Origin: Mustelus asterias
Taxonomy: Eukaryota
Assembly: GCF_964213995.1 (NCBI RefSeq)
Contig: NW_027590156.1
Span: 558,001 to 622,000 of the forward strand
Direction: 5' to 3'
Length of the DNA stretch: 64,000 nucleotides
Shown here one piece after another: positions 1 to 12,996 of the stretch. How positions within the stretch are numbered: the first letter of the stretch is position 1; every line of letters starts with the position of its first letter. Below the pieces are notes generated by a model. It was not told where the DNA came from. It did not search any database and was given only the letters and a program-made list of their open reading frames with translations. A program made the translations under genes and the position numbers.

Positions 1-1955
1 GAGGCGTACAGAAGGTTCAGAGAGCTAGGAGGTGTTAAGGATTTAGAGGAGTATACGGGATGTAGGAAGGAGCTTAAGAAGGAAATTAGGAGAGCGAGAA
101 GGGGTCATGAGAAGACCTTGGCGGGTAAGATTAAGGAGAATCCCAAGGCTTTCTACAAATATGTCAAGAGTAAAAGGATGAGATGTGAAGGCATAGGACC
201 CTTAAAAGGTGAAGGGGGAAAAGTTTGTGCGGAACCGTTAGAAATGGCGGAGGTGCTTAATGAATACTTTACCTCGGTATTCACGGTGGAAAGGGATCTG
301 GGTGGTTGTACTGCTGGTTTGCGGTGGACAGAAAGGATCGAGCATGTGGACATAAAGAAAGAGGATGTGTTGGAACTATTGAATGGCATCAAGGTTGGTA
401 AGTCGCCGGGACCGGATGGGATGTACCCCAGGTTACTGTGGGAGGCGAGGGAGCAGATTGCGGAGCCTTTGACGATGATCTTTGCATCGTCGATGGAGAC
501 GGGAGAGGTTCCGGAGGATTGGAGGATTGCAGATGTGGTCCCTATATTCAAGAAAGGGAACAGGGACAGCCCGGGAAATTACCGACCGGTGAGTCTAACC
601 TCAGTGGTTGGTAAGTTGATGGAGAGGATCCTGAGAGACAGGATTTATGATCATCTAGAGAAGTTTAGTATGATCAAAAGTAGTCAGCACGGCTTTGTCA
701 AGGGCAGGTCGTGCCTTACGAGCCTGGTTGAGTTCTTTGAAAATGTGACCAAACACATTGACGAAGGAAGAGCGGTGGATGTGGTCTATATGGACTTCAG
801 CAAGGCGTTCGATAAGGTCCCCCATGCAAGACTTCTTGAGAAAGTGAGAGGGCATGGGATCCAAGGGGCTGTTGCCTTGTGGATCCAGAACTGGCTTGCC
901 TGCAGAAGGCAGAGAGTGGCTGTGGAAGGGTCTTACTCTGCATGGAGGTCAGTGACCAGTGGAGTGCCCCAGGGATCTGTTCTGGGACCCTTGCTGTTTG
1001 TCATTTTCATAAATGACCTGGATGAGGAAGTGGAGGGATGGGTTGGTAAGTTTGCTGACGACACCAAGGTAGGTGGTGTTGTGGATAGTTTGGAGGGATG
1101 TCAGAAGTTGCAGCGAGACATAGGTAGAATGCAAGACTGGGCGGAGAAGTGGCAGATGGACTTCAACCTGGATACGTGTGTAGTGATCCATTTTGGCAGA
1201 TCCAATGGGATGAAGCAGCAGTATAATATGAAGGGTACCATTCTTAGCAGTGTAGAGGATCAGAAGGACCTTGGGGTCCGGGTCCATAGGACTCTTAAAT
1301 CGGCCTCGCAGGTGGAGGATGCGGTCAAGAAGGCGTACGGCGTACTAGCCTTCATTAATCGAGGGATTGAGTGTAGGAGTCGGGAGATAATGCTGCAGCT
1401 TTATAGGACCCTGGTTAGACCCCACTTGGAGTACTGCGCGCAGTTCTGGTCACCTCATTACAGGAAAGATGTTGAAGCCATTGAAAGGGTGCAGAAGAGA
1501 TTTACAAGGATGTTGCCTGGATTGGGGGGCATGCCTTATGAGGATAGGTTGAGGGAGCATGGTCTCTTCTCCCTGGAGAGACGAAGGATGAGAGGTGACC
1601 TGATAGAGGTTTACAAGATGTTGAGAGGTCTGGATAGGGTAGACTCTCAGAGGCTATTTCCAAGGGCTGAAATGGTTGCTACGAGAGGACACAGGTTTAA
1701 GGTGCTGGGGGGGTAGGTACAGAGGAGATGTCAGGGGTAAGTTTTTCACTCAGAGGGTGGTGGGTGAGTGGAATCGGCTGACGTCGGTGGTGGTGGAGGC
1801 AAACTCGTTGGGGTCTTTTAAGAGACTTCTGGATGAGTACATGGGATTTAATGGGATTGAGGGCTATAGACAGGCCTAGAGGTAGGGATATGATCAGCGC
1901 AACTTGTGGGCCGAAGGGCCTGTTTGTGCTGTGGCTTTCTATGTTCTATGTTCTA
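1..1955 (+). mobile_element. CR1-clade LINE, ORF2 reverse transcriptase region and 3' tail (5' part runs off the window)
   Basis: ORF 118..1716 has KSPGPDG, NYRPVSLTS, QHGF, DFSKAFDKV, GVPQGSVLGP and FADD motifs; 1-nt frameshift in the G run near 1710; (TTCTATG)n tail at about 1937-1955. Confidence 0.95.
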
Positions 1956-2169
1956 ACACCCTGCCCCATGTACCACAGCTCACTGTGCTGCCAACACCCT
2001 CCACCATGGACTGGCAGTGTGTGGATTCATAGCTGTATCCCTCTCCTGCGGTCTTATTGCCCGGACAGTCTGGGCAAACACAGAGCCGGAGTAAGCTGCT
2101 TCTACACAAAAAGGAACGGATGGAAGGTAATGTCACTCTGAACCACTCGTATTAATGTCCCATGTTCAT

Positions 2170-2772
2170 TAATGTTCATGTTGCAGCTTTATAGAACCTT
2201 CGTTCGGCTGCACTTGGAATATAGTGTTTAATTCTTGTTGCCACATTACCAGAAGGATGTGGAGGCTTTGGAGAGGGTACAGAAAAGATTTACCAGGATG
2301 TTGCCTGGTATGGAGGGCATTAGCTATGAGGAGAGATTGGAGAAACTTGGTTTGTTCTCATTGGAGCGACGGAGGTTGAGGGGAGACCTGATAGAAGTCT
2401 ACAGGATTATGAGAGGCATGGACAGAGTGGATATTCAGAAGCTTTTTCCCAGGGTGGAAGAGTCAATTACGAGGGGGCATAGGTTTAAGGTGTGAGGGGC
2501 AAGGTTTAAAGGAGATGTACGAGGCAGATCTTTTACACAGAGAGTAGTGGGTGCCTGGAACTTGTTGCCGGGGGAGGTAGTGGAAGCGGATACGGTAGTG
2601 ACTTTGAAGGGGCATCTTGACAAGTACATGAATAGGATGGGAATAGAGGGATGTGGTCCCCGGAAGGGTAGTGGGTTTTAGTTAAGTCGGGCAGTATGGT
2701 CGGTGCAGGCTTGGAGGGCCGAAGGGCCTGTTCCTGTGCTGTAATTTTCTTTGTTCTTTGTTCTCTTTGTTC
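2170..2772 (+). mobile_element. 5'-truncated CR1 LINE
   Basis: RT C-terminus LERVQKRFTRMLPG...TRGHRFK and a (TTCTTTG)n tail. Confidence 0.9.
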
Positions 2773-2860
2773 CTGACTGCAAATTGTCTCCTTCTAGTTC
2801 CTGTTAAATTGATTTGAAATTGAAAAAAAGGGGATTGAGAGAGGACCCAGAGACAGATTA
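2770..2860 (-). pseudogene. Orphan remnant of the 5' region of a zinc-finger gene exon
   Basis: Similar to the sequence upstream of both minus-strand ZNF ORFs (about 8120-8200 and 23245-23310); the coding part is absent and a CR1 abuts it. Confidence 0.5.
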
Positions 2861-3234
2861 TGAATAGAGTTCAAAGTGAAGCAACAATTAAAAAAAAACA
2901 CACAGCAGGACAAGGACTGAGTTCTGCATCCAACATGAAACCTGATTCAAACCGACTTCCAACTTGTCAGCCTGTGTTTCTAATCTCAGAACCATAAAAC
3001 AGAAACAAGACTCTGTAGATATTACATCCGAAATAAAGAGTACAAACACTGGTGATATTCAGCAGGCTAGGCAGCCACTGTAAAGTGACAAACAGAATTG
3101 AGGGCTCAGATTGCCGACTAGCCCTCAGTCTACAATGAAATATTCAGGCACTGAATAATGGCGGTCTCAATTCCCACAATGCTCTGCGCCCCAGAAACCC
3201 CTCTATTCAAAAGTTGTTCACCGTAATTCACTAA

Positions 3235-3710
3235 ACATAGAATCCTTGCAATGCAGAAGAAGGTCATTCGACCGATTGAGTGCGTATTGATCGTGCGACT
3301 GAGCATCTTTATCCCTTATCCCTGTAACCTCACGCATTTACTCTGCTAATCCACCTACGGCCCTTTCTCTTCACCCTACCCGTAACTGCAACAATATATT
3401 CGGCTTTTCCTTCCCCCATGTACTTTATCAACGTATGTTTTGCCTGCATAGCACGCAAGAAATATTACTTTTCACTGTATGCCAGTGCATTTGACAATAA
3501 TAAATCAAATCAGAACCTACACATCGTGGGACATTAAAGGATAATTGTAAGCATGGTCAATCCACCTAACCCGCACATCTTTGGAGAAAACCGGAACACC
3601 CGGAGGAAACCCACACAGACACGGGAACAATGCACAAACTCCACGCAGTCACCAAAGCTGGAATTGACCCCGGTCCCTAGCTCTGTGAAGCAGCAGGGCT
3701 AATCACAGTT
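3235..3710 (-). mobile_element. Degenerate HE1/V-SINE-like SINE
   Basis: Reverse-complement matches to the SINE consensus seen elsewhere in the window. Confidence 0.75.
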
Positions 3711-5799
3711 AGGTAGTTTGTCGCCATTTGCAGGTGATAACAATGGGCTGGATGTTGCTCAGAATGTGGAGCACTGCAGTACAGAGAGGCAGAGACAGAG
3801 CAGCAGACTGGACTGAGAAATGGAGTCTGCAGACTGGAACTGGCAGAACGAGGAGAGGTTATTTAGTCTAACACTCACAGCAATCTACAACCCACCCCCA
3901 TTATCGAGATAGCCAGACAAAGATTACAAACATTCACCAACACAGCTCCACTGAAACGTCCCAGGAAAAAAGGGGGAATCTGTGGCTGTTCCTGTCCTGA
4001 AATAGCCCCAGGACTGTCACTCAAACCCCCAACCCGCCCAGTTCACAGCTCAGCCTCTCAGCTTGCAGCTTCCTGCACCTTGAGCCAACTCTGCCCAGGT
4101 GTGGGAGGGATGTGGAACCACAGAGTGGGGGGAGGGGTGACCTCCTGCTGTGTCCCAAATTGTGTCTCCTTCCCCTCCCCCTTGGCGCTCTAAGCTCTCA
4201 ATGTGGACGGGTTGCTGGACTTTGCAGAGCCTCACTGAGCTGCGCCTGTACCTTATCCTGTGTCACCCCTTCCCCCTAGGTTCAGTGCGTGTGAACTCGC
4301 TGCTTGTTTCCCTTCTGAACCTTCAGTTAATCACAACCAGAGAATGCTGGAAAATCTCAGCATGTATGACAGCATCTGTGATCATCCAGAGTGGAGACAT
4401 TCATTCTGTTCTCTCTCCACAGATGCTGTCAGACCTGCTGAGATTTTCCAACATTTTCTGTTTCTGCTTCAGGTTCCAGCAACCGCAGTATTTTGCTTTT
4501 ATCTTCATTTAAACGAGCATTCTTTGATGGCCTTTACCTGATTGCTCCTTTCCAGAGCTTCCCACCTTCTGCTATTGTCCCTGACTCCCACATTAACTCT
4601 GTCATTCCTCCCCTTTATCCCGCTCACCCTGTCTAAAGTCAGGCTCAGAGTTTTACCGCCATCTCCCCCTCCCCCAGCCTCCACATCCCAACACCCGGAA
4701 TCTCCAGCCCAGCGGTTCCAGTTTGTCTGGTTTGAGTTCAGATTTGCCGCAGCGCCGACAGGATTTCACTTCAAACCAGCCGGAACTGACTGCTCACAAA
4801 TCCCTAAATGTTTCTCCAGCAGCCCTGGTTTGTTAACGTTGTTTAAAGTCAGCGCCCAAATGGAGCTACTCTCCTCAGTTCAAAAAAACTTCTCCGTTTA
4901 ATCTAAGGTATTATTCACACCAGACACGAAGATAAAACAGTGAACATTATCCCCCCACCCAGACAACCCCGAGGAAGAGACATCTCTTCCGGGTGTGACA
5001 ATTCTTAGACATTCTCTGTGACATAAAGCAGAAAACGCTGGAAATACTCAACAAGTCAGGCAGCCTTTGTGGAGAGAGAAACAGACTGAATGTGACCTGT
5101 TATCGGAACTGGGAAATATATTATTTCCAGCAACTAAGAGACACTTTACAACCTTCAGAACAAAACTGAGTCCAACAATTTTACACCACAATCTCTGCCC
5201 CCATTGTGTTCTGTGTTTCGTTGCTGCTTTTTTATAACCTCATTTCCCTCTTGTTTTCTTTACTTTGCATTCAGACTATTGCTAACCGGCCATTCACACC
5301 TCATCCAGAACATCTTTTGTGTCTTTACTTGTCCCATTACCACTCGCTTTGGTCTTGGGCCGTGAAACATTTTGCCACTTTGCAGATCTTTCATTCTGTT
5401 CTTCTCCACCTCCCTCTCTTCCTTCTTCACAGCCCTTACTTTCGCTGTGTGGCTCTGGAGAACGAACTGGACTTAAGACGTCTGAGACAGAGAGAATGAG
5501 GTGTTTTTTTCTCTCAGAGGACCTTTGGCGTGTGGAATTCTCTTCCCCAGAGAGCAGTGGAGGCAAAGTCATTGAATATTTTTAAGGCTGATTAAATAGA
5601 TTCTTGATTGACAAGAGAGTCAGAGGGTTTGGGGGGAAAGAGAAAAGTGGAGTTTTGGCCACAGTCAGATCAGCCGGAATCTTATCTGGAGCAGAGCAGC
5701 TCAAACGTCTACTGCTGCTCCTGATTCATATGGATGTTTAGCTGTGTGTTTCACTGTTTCTGCCTCTTTGTGGCGTTAACTGCTTTATTTCAGATTTTA

Positions 5800-5934
5800 A
5801 CACTCTGTAACATGTCACTGTGTAATCCAACAATTAATCCCGTTCTCCTGGATTTCTGCTCTGTTACATTTCACTGTGTAATCCAACAATTAATCCAGTT
5901 CTCCTGGATTTCTGCTCTGTAACATATCACTGTG
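5800..5934 (-). repeat. 56-bp tandem repeat (about 3 units) with 12-RSS-like signals; inverted twin of 53538-54070
   Basis: CACTGTG at 5816, 5872 and 5928 (period 56); the two inner units are preceded by a 12-nt spacer and GATTTCTGC. Confidence 0.85.
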
Positions 5935-5982
5935 TAATGGAACCCGCTCCTGCTGCAGTGAACACACAAACACAGCGAGGGA

Positions 5983-5996
5983 GCTCCCTCTTGTGG
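5983..5996 (-). promoter_or_regulatory. CTCF-like motif
   Basis: CCACAAGAGGGAGC on the minus strand versus core consensus CCASYAGRKGGCRS. Confidence 0.5.
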
Positions 5997-6992
5997 CGGT
6001 GTGAGGTAAATGGCTTCTACCTGGGAAATCACTGAATTCTCAGATTCCTGAAGGATCCTGTTGGAGGATTGTGCTGCTGTATTTTTCTTATTCCTACTAT
6101 TCTTATTTGAATATATTTTAATGCAGGCGAATCTATTCCCATAACTGATATCAATCCCGGAAACAGATACAGACAAACTCATAGACACACAAACGGTCAG
6201 AAAAATGCAGACACATACATATGATTTCAAGAATAAATTAGATATAACTCTTGGGGCTAAAGGTATGGGAGGAAGGGGGATCAGAATATTGAATTCGATG
6301 ATCAGCCATGATCAAAATGAATGGCGGAGCAGGCTCGAAGGGGCGAATGCATGGCCAGCATTTATTGCAAGTTGCCCTTGAGAAGGTGGTGGTGAGCTGC
6401 CTTCTTGAACAACTGAGTGGCTTGCTCGGCCATTTTAGAGTCAACCACATTGCTGTGGCTCTGGAGTCCCATGTAGGCCAGAGCAGGCAAGGCCAGCAGA
6501 TTTCCTTCCATAAAGGACATCATTAAACCAGATGGGTTTTTACAACAATTGTTTCACGGTCGTCAGTAAATTCTTAATTCCAGATATTTTTTTTATTGAA
6601 TTCAGATTTCACCATCTGGCGTGGTGGGATTGAAACCTGGTACCCAGAACATTAGCTGAGTTTCTGGGTTAACCGTCTAGTGTTAATACCACTAGGCCAT
6701 CACCTCCCCTCAATCTTAGTGACAAAGAAGCTCCATGCGCTCCTCACACTTGTTGTTGGAGGTGAGGATGGAGAAGACAGGGGAGAGGGAGAGCCCTTCA
6801 AAAGTATCCAAAGTGAGTAAGAGACATTACATAGATGCAACTCAGTGTGTTCAATATAAAAATAGTAATATAAAACTGATTTATTTGACCTTTATCCACA
6901 ACATTAGCCCAAACAACTGGCTGGAATGTATTGACATCATCCAACAGACCCCAACGAACATAATCTGGGATGTCACTGACAGCAAAATCCAA

Positions 6993-8041
6993 TCATTGTA
7001 ATTGCTTGTCAGCTTGTTGGTGTCTCATCAGTACAGAAAAATAAGCAAATCCCTTCCCACATTCAGCACATGTGAATGGCCTCTCCCCTGTGTGAACTCG
7101 CTGGTGTGTCAGTAGGTTCGATGACTGAGTGAAACCCTTCCCACACACAGAGCAGGTGAACGGCCTCTCCCCAGTGTGAACTCGCTGGTGCATCAGAAGT
7201 TTGGATGAGGAAGGGAATCCCTTCCCACACTCAGAGCAGATGAATGGTCTCCCCCCAGTTTGAACACACTGGTGTGTCAGAAGGACGGATGACTGAGTAA
7301 ATCCCTTTCCACAGTCAGGGCAGGTGAACAGCCTCTCCCCAGTGTGAATTTGCTGGTGCACAGTCAGGTGAGACGATCGCTTGAATGCAGACCCACAGTG
7401 AGAGCATCTGAACGGTCTCTCATCAGTGTGAACAGGTTGATGCTGCATCAAGTCCTGGGAACTTTTAAAGTGTTTTCCACAGTCTGTACATGTAAAAGGT
7501 CTCTCATCAGTGTGAACTCGCTGGTGTGTCAGCAGTTTGTATTGCTGAGTAAATCCTTTCCCACACAAGGAACAGGTGAATGGCCTCTCATTGCTGTGAA
7601 CACGTTGATGGCGCATCAGTTCCCCAGAACATTTGTAACACTTCCCACAGTCTGAGCATTTAAATGGTCTCTCCTCAGTGTGAACTCGCTGGTGATTCAA
7701 CAGGGTGGATGACTGAATGAATCCCTTCCCACACACAGAACAGGTGAACGGCCTTTCCCCAGTGTGAAGTCGCTGATGTATCAGAAGGTAGGATTGACGA
7801 GTGAATCCCTTCCCACATTCGAAGCAGGTGAACGGTCTCTCCCCAGTGTGACTGAGCCAATGGCATTCCAGGCCAGACGGGGATTTGAATCCCTTCCCAC
7901 AATCCCTGCATTTCCATGGTTTCTTCCTGGATTGACTGCATTTGTGTTTTAACAGGTCAGATGATTGGCTGAAGCCTCGTCCATACACAGAGAGCACGTG
8001 TACAGTTTCTCCCCGCTGTGAACGGTGCTTGTTCCTTCCAT
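6993..8041 (-). pseudogene. C2H2 zinc-finger gene (about 12 fingers) with a frameshift in the first finger
   Basis: Tandem CxxC...HxxxH fingers with TGERP linkers; ATG at 8041 ([16 protein letters not shown]) is out of frame with the finger array because of an extra CT near 7990; several fingers are degenerate. Confidence 0.75.
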
Positions 8042-8844
8042 GTTCAAAATCAAATGATATTTAGGTTATGATACATTGGAAAACTCCACCAGATTGTGAT
8101 GTGATGTTTCGTTTCAGTTTCCCGACTGCAAATCCTCCTCTTCTAAAATGCTGTGTAACTGTTTCAAAACAGAAAAAGATGGGGTGAGAGAGAACCCACA
8201 AAAACACAAAGACAGTTTGTGAAATTGAGCTGAATGAATCTGGTCATTTGCGGGGCCGGCTCCAGGGAAAAGTGACCATTAAAACTGGTGGATTCTCATA
8301 AAAACCCAACTGGTTCACTAATGTCCTTCGGGAAGGAAACCTGCCACCCAGTCTGGGTCGACACAGATTCTGTCCACAAATTTCTAAACTGTCCCTGAAC
8401 ACCAAGGTCTGGGTCATTTGTATACATTAGGAAGAGCTGGGTGTTAACACCCGCTCCTGAGGAACTCCCAAACATCCATTAACCAGTATTTTGTGTGTTT
8501 CCTGTCCCCCAGACAATTTTGTGTCAATGCTGCTGCTGTCCCTTTTATTCCACGAGTCATATCTGTGCTCCGATGTCTGCTGTGCGGCAATTTATCTGAT
8601 GCTTTTTGGAAGTCCATGTTCACCACATTAACAGCATTATCCTCAACAACGGTATCTGTGACCTCATCAAAATATTTCAGCAGGTTCCATAAACACCATT
8701 TCCTCTGAACACTGTCCTTCTTCATCCACATTTACTCAGGTGACTACTAAATATGTCCTGAATTATTGTTTCAGGAATCTTCCCCATCACTAGCATTGAA
8801 CTGACTGACCTGTAGTTTCTGGGATTATCTTTTGAGCAGGTACT

Positions 8845-9000
8845 GACTAATCCACCTAACCTGCACATCTTTGGACCACGGGAAGAAATCCATGCAGACA
8901 CGGAGAACGTGCAAACTCCACACAGACAATCGCCCGCGGCTGGAATCGAACCCGGGTCTTTGGCGCTCTGTGGCAGCAGTGCTAACCACTGTGCAGCCCC
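8845..9000 (-). mobile_element. Truncated V-SINE inserted among degraded CR1 RT fragments (about 8440-9480)
   Basis: tRNA-derived SINE head on the minus strand; flanking MDFQKASDKLPH and NYRSVS RT remnants. Confidence 0.7.
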
Positions 9001-9855
9001 AAAACGTTTTCCATGTTCCAATTTCCAATTGCTGTATCCTGTAAATAGAGTTTCCAAAAAGATCATCACTGTTAAACCAGGACATAAATTCAGAAGAGAC
9101 AAACCGTTCCTTGATTTGAATATTCTGTGTGTAAATCCCCCACTTCTAACCAAATAAAAGCAAATTACTGCGTCTGTTTGAATGAGGAACCAAAAGAGAA
9201 AATGCTGGAAAATCTCAGCAGGTCTGGCAGCATCCCTAAGGAGAGATGCAGATGGTCTGTTAGCCTTTATTCCCCAGGGATGCAGTTTCCGAGTGAGGAA
9301 AGCTTTCTGAAATTGTATCCAGTTTTGGTGAAACCACATGTGGAACACTGCAGAGTTTGGGTCTCCTTACCCAGAGAATTGCCCCAGAGGACGAGTAACA
9401 AACGTTCACCAGACTGCTTCCTGGGATGACAGGACTGTGCAATGAGGAGTGATTGAGCAGAACTGGTCTTTACTCTCTGACCTGATCGTAACCTCAAATC
9501 TTCATCCTGCTGACCTCCAATAACCTTTCACCTCCTTTCTTACCAAGAATCTATCCACCTTTGCTTAAAATATTCAAACACTCTTCTTCCACCACCTTTT
9601 CAGGGAGAGAGTTCCAAAGACTCACGACACTTGGAGAAAAATTCTCCTCATCTCTACTTTAAATGGGTGACGCTTTATTTTTTAAAACGGTGACCCCTAG
9701 TTCTGGATTATCCCACAAGAGGAAACATCCTCTCTACCTCCATCCTGTCAAGGCCTTGCAGGAACAAGTCGCCATTTACTCTTCTGAACTCCAGCGGATA
9801 CACTCCTAGCCTGTCCAACCTTGCCTCGTAACACAACCCATCAATTTCAGGCATT

Positions 9856-10041
9856 GTAAGAAGTCTCACAACACCAGGTTAAAGTCCAATTGGTTTATTT
9901 GGAATCACGAGCTTTCGGAGCGCTGCTCCTTCGTCAGGTGCGGAAGGATTCCAAATTCCAAATAAACCTGTTGGTCTTTAACCTGGTGTTGTGAGACTTC
10001 TTACTGTGCCCACCCCAGTCCAACGCCAGCATCACCGCATT
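9856..10041. mobile_element. Short palindromic PLE-derived insertion with target-site duplication
   Basis: Inverted arms (GTAAGAAGTCTCACAACACCAGGTTAAAG and its reverse complement); flanked by ATTTCAGGCATT / ATTTCAGGTATT. Confidence 0.7.
9906..9940 (-). ncRNA. Minimal type I hammerhead ribozyme motif
   Basis: CAC-CUGACGA-A-GGAGC-AGC-GCUCC-GAAA-G-CUC-GUG: intact core, stem I CAC/GUG, stem II GGAGC/GCUCC, loop-less stem III. Confidence 0.7.
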
Positions 10042-11810
10042 ATTTCAGGTATTGGTCTGGTAAACTTCTCTGAACTGTCTCCAGCACACTTACACCCTTC
10101 TTTAAACAAGGTGACCAATACTGTACATATTACTCCAGACGTGGTCTCACTAGTGACCTGTACAACTGAAGCATAACCTCCCTAGTTCTGTATTTAATTC
10201 CCTTCACAATGAATGATAACATTCTATTAGTGTTCCTAATTACTGATTTACTTGCATATTAGCCTTTTGTGATTTATGTACTAGAACACCCAGATCCCTC
10301 TGAATCTCTGAGCTCTGCAATCTCTCACCGTTTAGACAAAATGCTTCTTTTTCATTCTTCCTGCCGAAATGGACAATTTCACATTTGCCCACATTCTACT
10401 CCATTTACCAGATATTTTCCCACTCACTTAACCTTTCTGTCTTTTTGAACCCTCCGTATGTCCTCGTCACAACTTACTTTCCCACCTATCTTTGTGTCAT
10501 CGGCAAATTTGCCAACCAGCCCTTCATCCAGTCATTTCTATAAATCTTTGATTCCTTGCCCCAAATTTGTTTCCCTGTCTACTATTTAGTTTTAAAATGC
10601 TTTCCCCAGTACTGGTGTCAGTGCCCCATGAACCAGAACCCACCTCCCACACCAATCTTTGAGTCACTCATTCATCTCTTTGATCTGATTTGTCCTAAGA
10701 CAATTAGTAAGTAGTTAAGGTAATTATCCAGATTATGAACTTTGAGATCCTGCTTCTTAATTTGGTACCTAGGTCCTCATACTAGCCATGTAAAACCTCC
10801 TTCTTTGTCCTGCCTGTGTCATTGGTACCTACATGGACCACAATGACTGGGTCCTCCCCCGTGCAGCTGTTTTTGAGCTGCAGATCCGACACAATACTGT
10901 AAGTTCCTCTTCAGACCTGAGCAGATGTCCTGAACCCTGGCACAAGGCAACACAGCGATCTGGACTCATGCTCTTTGCTGCAGAGAACAGTGTGAATCCC
11001 TCTGATTACACCATCCCATACTACCCCTACATTCCCTTTTTCTCCTCCAACTTGAATGGCTTCCTGTACCACGGTGCCAAGGTCAGTTTGCTCATCCACC
11101 CTGCAGCATAAACAAGCTGAAAAAACTGCAATCCGGTTGGACAATTGTGAAGGCTGAGGCTCCTGCCACCTGAATCCCCTTACCTGCCTCACTCACAGTC
11201 ATCTTCCTGTCCCTGATCACTGACCAAATCAGCAGGTCCTGTCCTAAGAGGTGTGACTGCTTCCTGGTGTAAAGAATCCAGGTAATGTTCCCCCTCCCTG
11301 ATGCATCGCAGTGTCTGTAGTTCAGCCTCCAGCTCATAAACTCTAACCGGAGCTGCTTGAACTTCAAACACTTACTGCAGATGTGTTTGCCCTCGATCAA
11401 ACTGACACCCAGGAGCTCCCACACGCTGCAGCTGTGACACATCACCTGTCCTCCCATCTTTAATGTGTGTGAAAAAAGTATTTAATTATTTTATCCAATG
11501 ATGTATTTTACTTTTGATTTTATATATTTTATTAACCTTACCAGCAGTTGCTATACGATTTTGATCCTTAGACATCGAATAAACTTTAGTCACTTTGCAG
11601 ATACTCAGCAAATAGCTCGCCGCTCTTTCTCCTGTAGAAGAGGAAGATCACTTCCCAAAGGCTGAGAATATTAGAAAGCAAAAGGGTACCTCGTTCCCTT
11701 CCTTCCCTAAGTCCCTTAATCACCCAACTCTTAGCACACTGTTCTAAGCTGCATTCAAGTGATGCCAGTTCAGAGCTGTTTCTGAGCTGCAGATTCAATA
11801 CAATACTCAC

Positions 11811-12996
11811 TTGCAGACATGGACATCAAGGCCTGTATGGGTCTCCAGGCCATCATGCACACCATCATGATAGGGAGGATGGAGATGGTGTTGCCAGCCA
11901 TGTACATGATGAACAGATTCATGGGCAGCTGTTTCAATGGGCCCAAGGTGATGAAAACAGAAAGTGAGCAGGGTATCAGTAAAGGGGGCCGGTTTGGGGA
12001 GGCCATATGCTGATCTTATACACAGGTCTGGAAGTAACAATTAACTCAATAAGTCCCTTCATCAAACAGGCTGCTGTGGTTCACCAAGGCACTTCACCAC
12101 TGTGGACAAACCAGGGGCGTTGTCAGCCACACACTAAAGACACATTCAAATCTAACTTACCTTCTCAACTCGGATCCGGTCTGTTTCTTGGACGCGGATG
12201 TCCGGTAGCTGTTTGTCCGAATATGCGACTGGGCACATGGAGTCTCTCTGGCCACACTGTTGATCACGGCTCCTGTGAGAAACAGAAAACACAAATTGGT
12301 CACCCTTTCAAGACCTTGTTTAAAGAGGGAGTCTCTCTGTTGAGGACCCCAACGTGGTGACAATAGTGCCAGCATGAACTAAAGCTTGGGCAAACCTCAG
12401 ACACACACTGCCGTTGCATGTACCAAACTGCCAGGGGAATGGAGGGCTGCAGAAGTGGATTAGTGTCAATCAGGGTGCCAATCCACTTGCCCTCCATTGA
12501 GGGACAAAGCGACAAATCACCACATGTACCAAATTGTATCTTGAAAACAAACACTGCGGGACATTGAGAGAGATCCAGTGCAGCACCCGGCCCTGGAAAC
12601 GAGCAATCGTTCCTCCAACCACCACCGCAGTTGGCACCTGATCAGGTGGAGGGGCTGAAACCAAAAGGGCATCTCAGGGTCATGACCTGGGAAAAGATGC
12701 CAAGTGGGGTCTGAGTGATTTCTGGGGGATTTGAGGGGCTGCTTTGTGCTGAGGAGCTCGGTGAGGGGTAAAAGACGCGTGAAAAACCCGGGGTTGGGAA
12801 GTTTTGGGTTGGTTCCACATCCCCGGGTCAGTGTGCGGTGGCGTCCCCTCGGGAGAGGCGGGCTGACCCGGCTTGCCGCTTACTTGAGCCCCCGGCTCCC
12901 CGCGCGGCCTCCGCAGCTGCTGCTGCCGCTCAGGTTAAACTCGAGGGTCCACTTGTGCCAGCGCGCGCGGTTGACAAGCCCCGCCCCTGCAGCCAT
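11811..12996 (-). pseudogene. EMC4: ER membrane protein complex subunit 4, truncated intron-containing duplicate (exons 1-3)
   Basis: Exon 1 12884-12996 (MAAGAGLVNRARWHKWTLEF...), exon 2 12161-12272 (...[21 protein letters not shown]), exon 3 11811-about 11952 ([45 protein letters not shown]); exon 3 lacks its AG acceptor and the RCWD codons; later exons were not found. Confidence 0.85.

Larger units (their letters stand above)
9500..11460 (-). mobile_element. Degraded, internally deleted CR1 LINE including ORF1 (zinc-finger/leucine-zipper and SGNH esterase remnants)
   Basis: CHSCSVW...HICSKC and RVYELEAELQTLR at 11200-11457; HVGTND esterase block near 10815-10835; RT remnants at 9500-10550. 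Confidence 0.75.
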
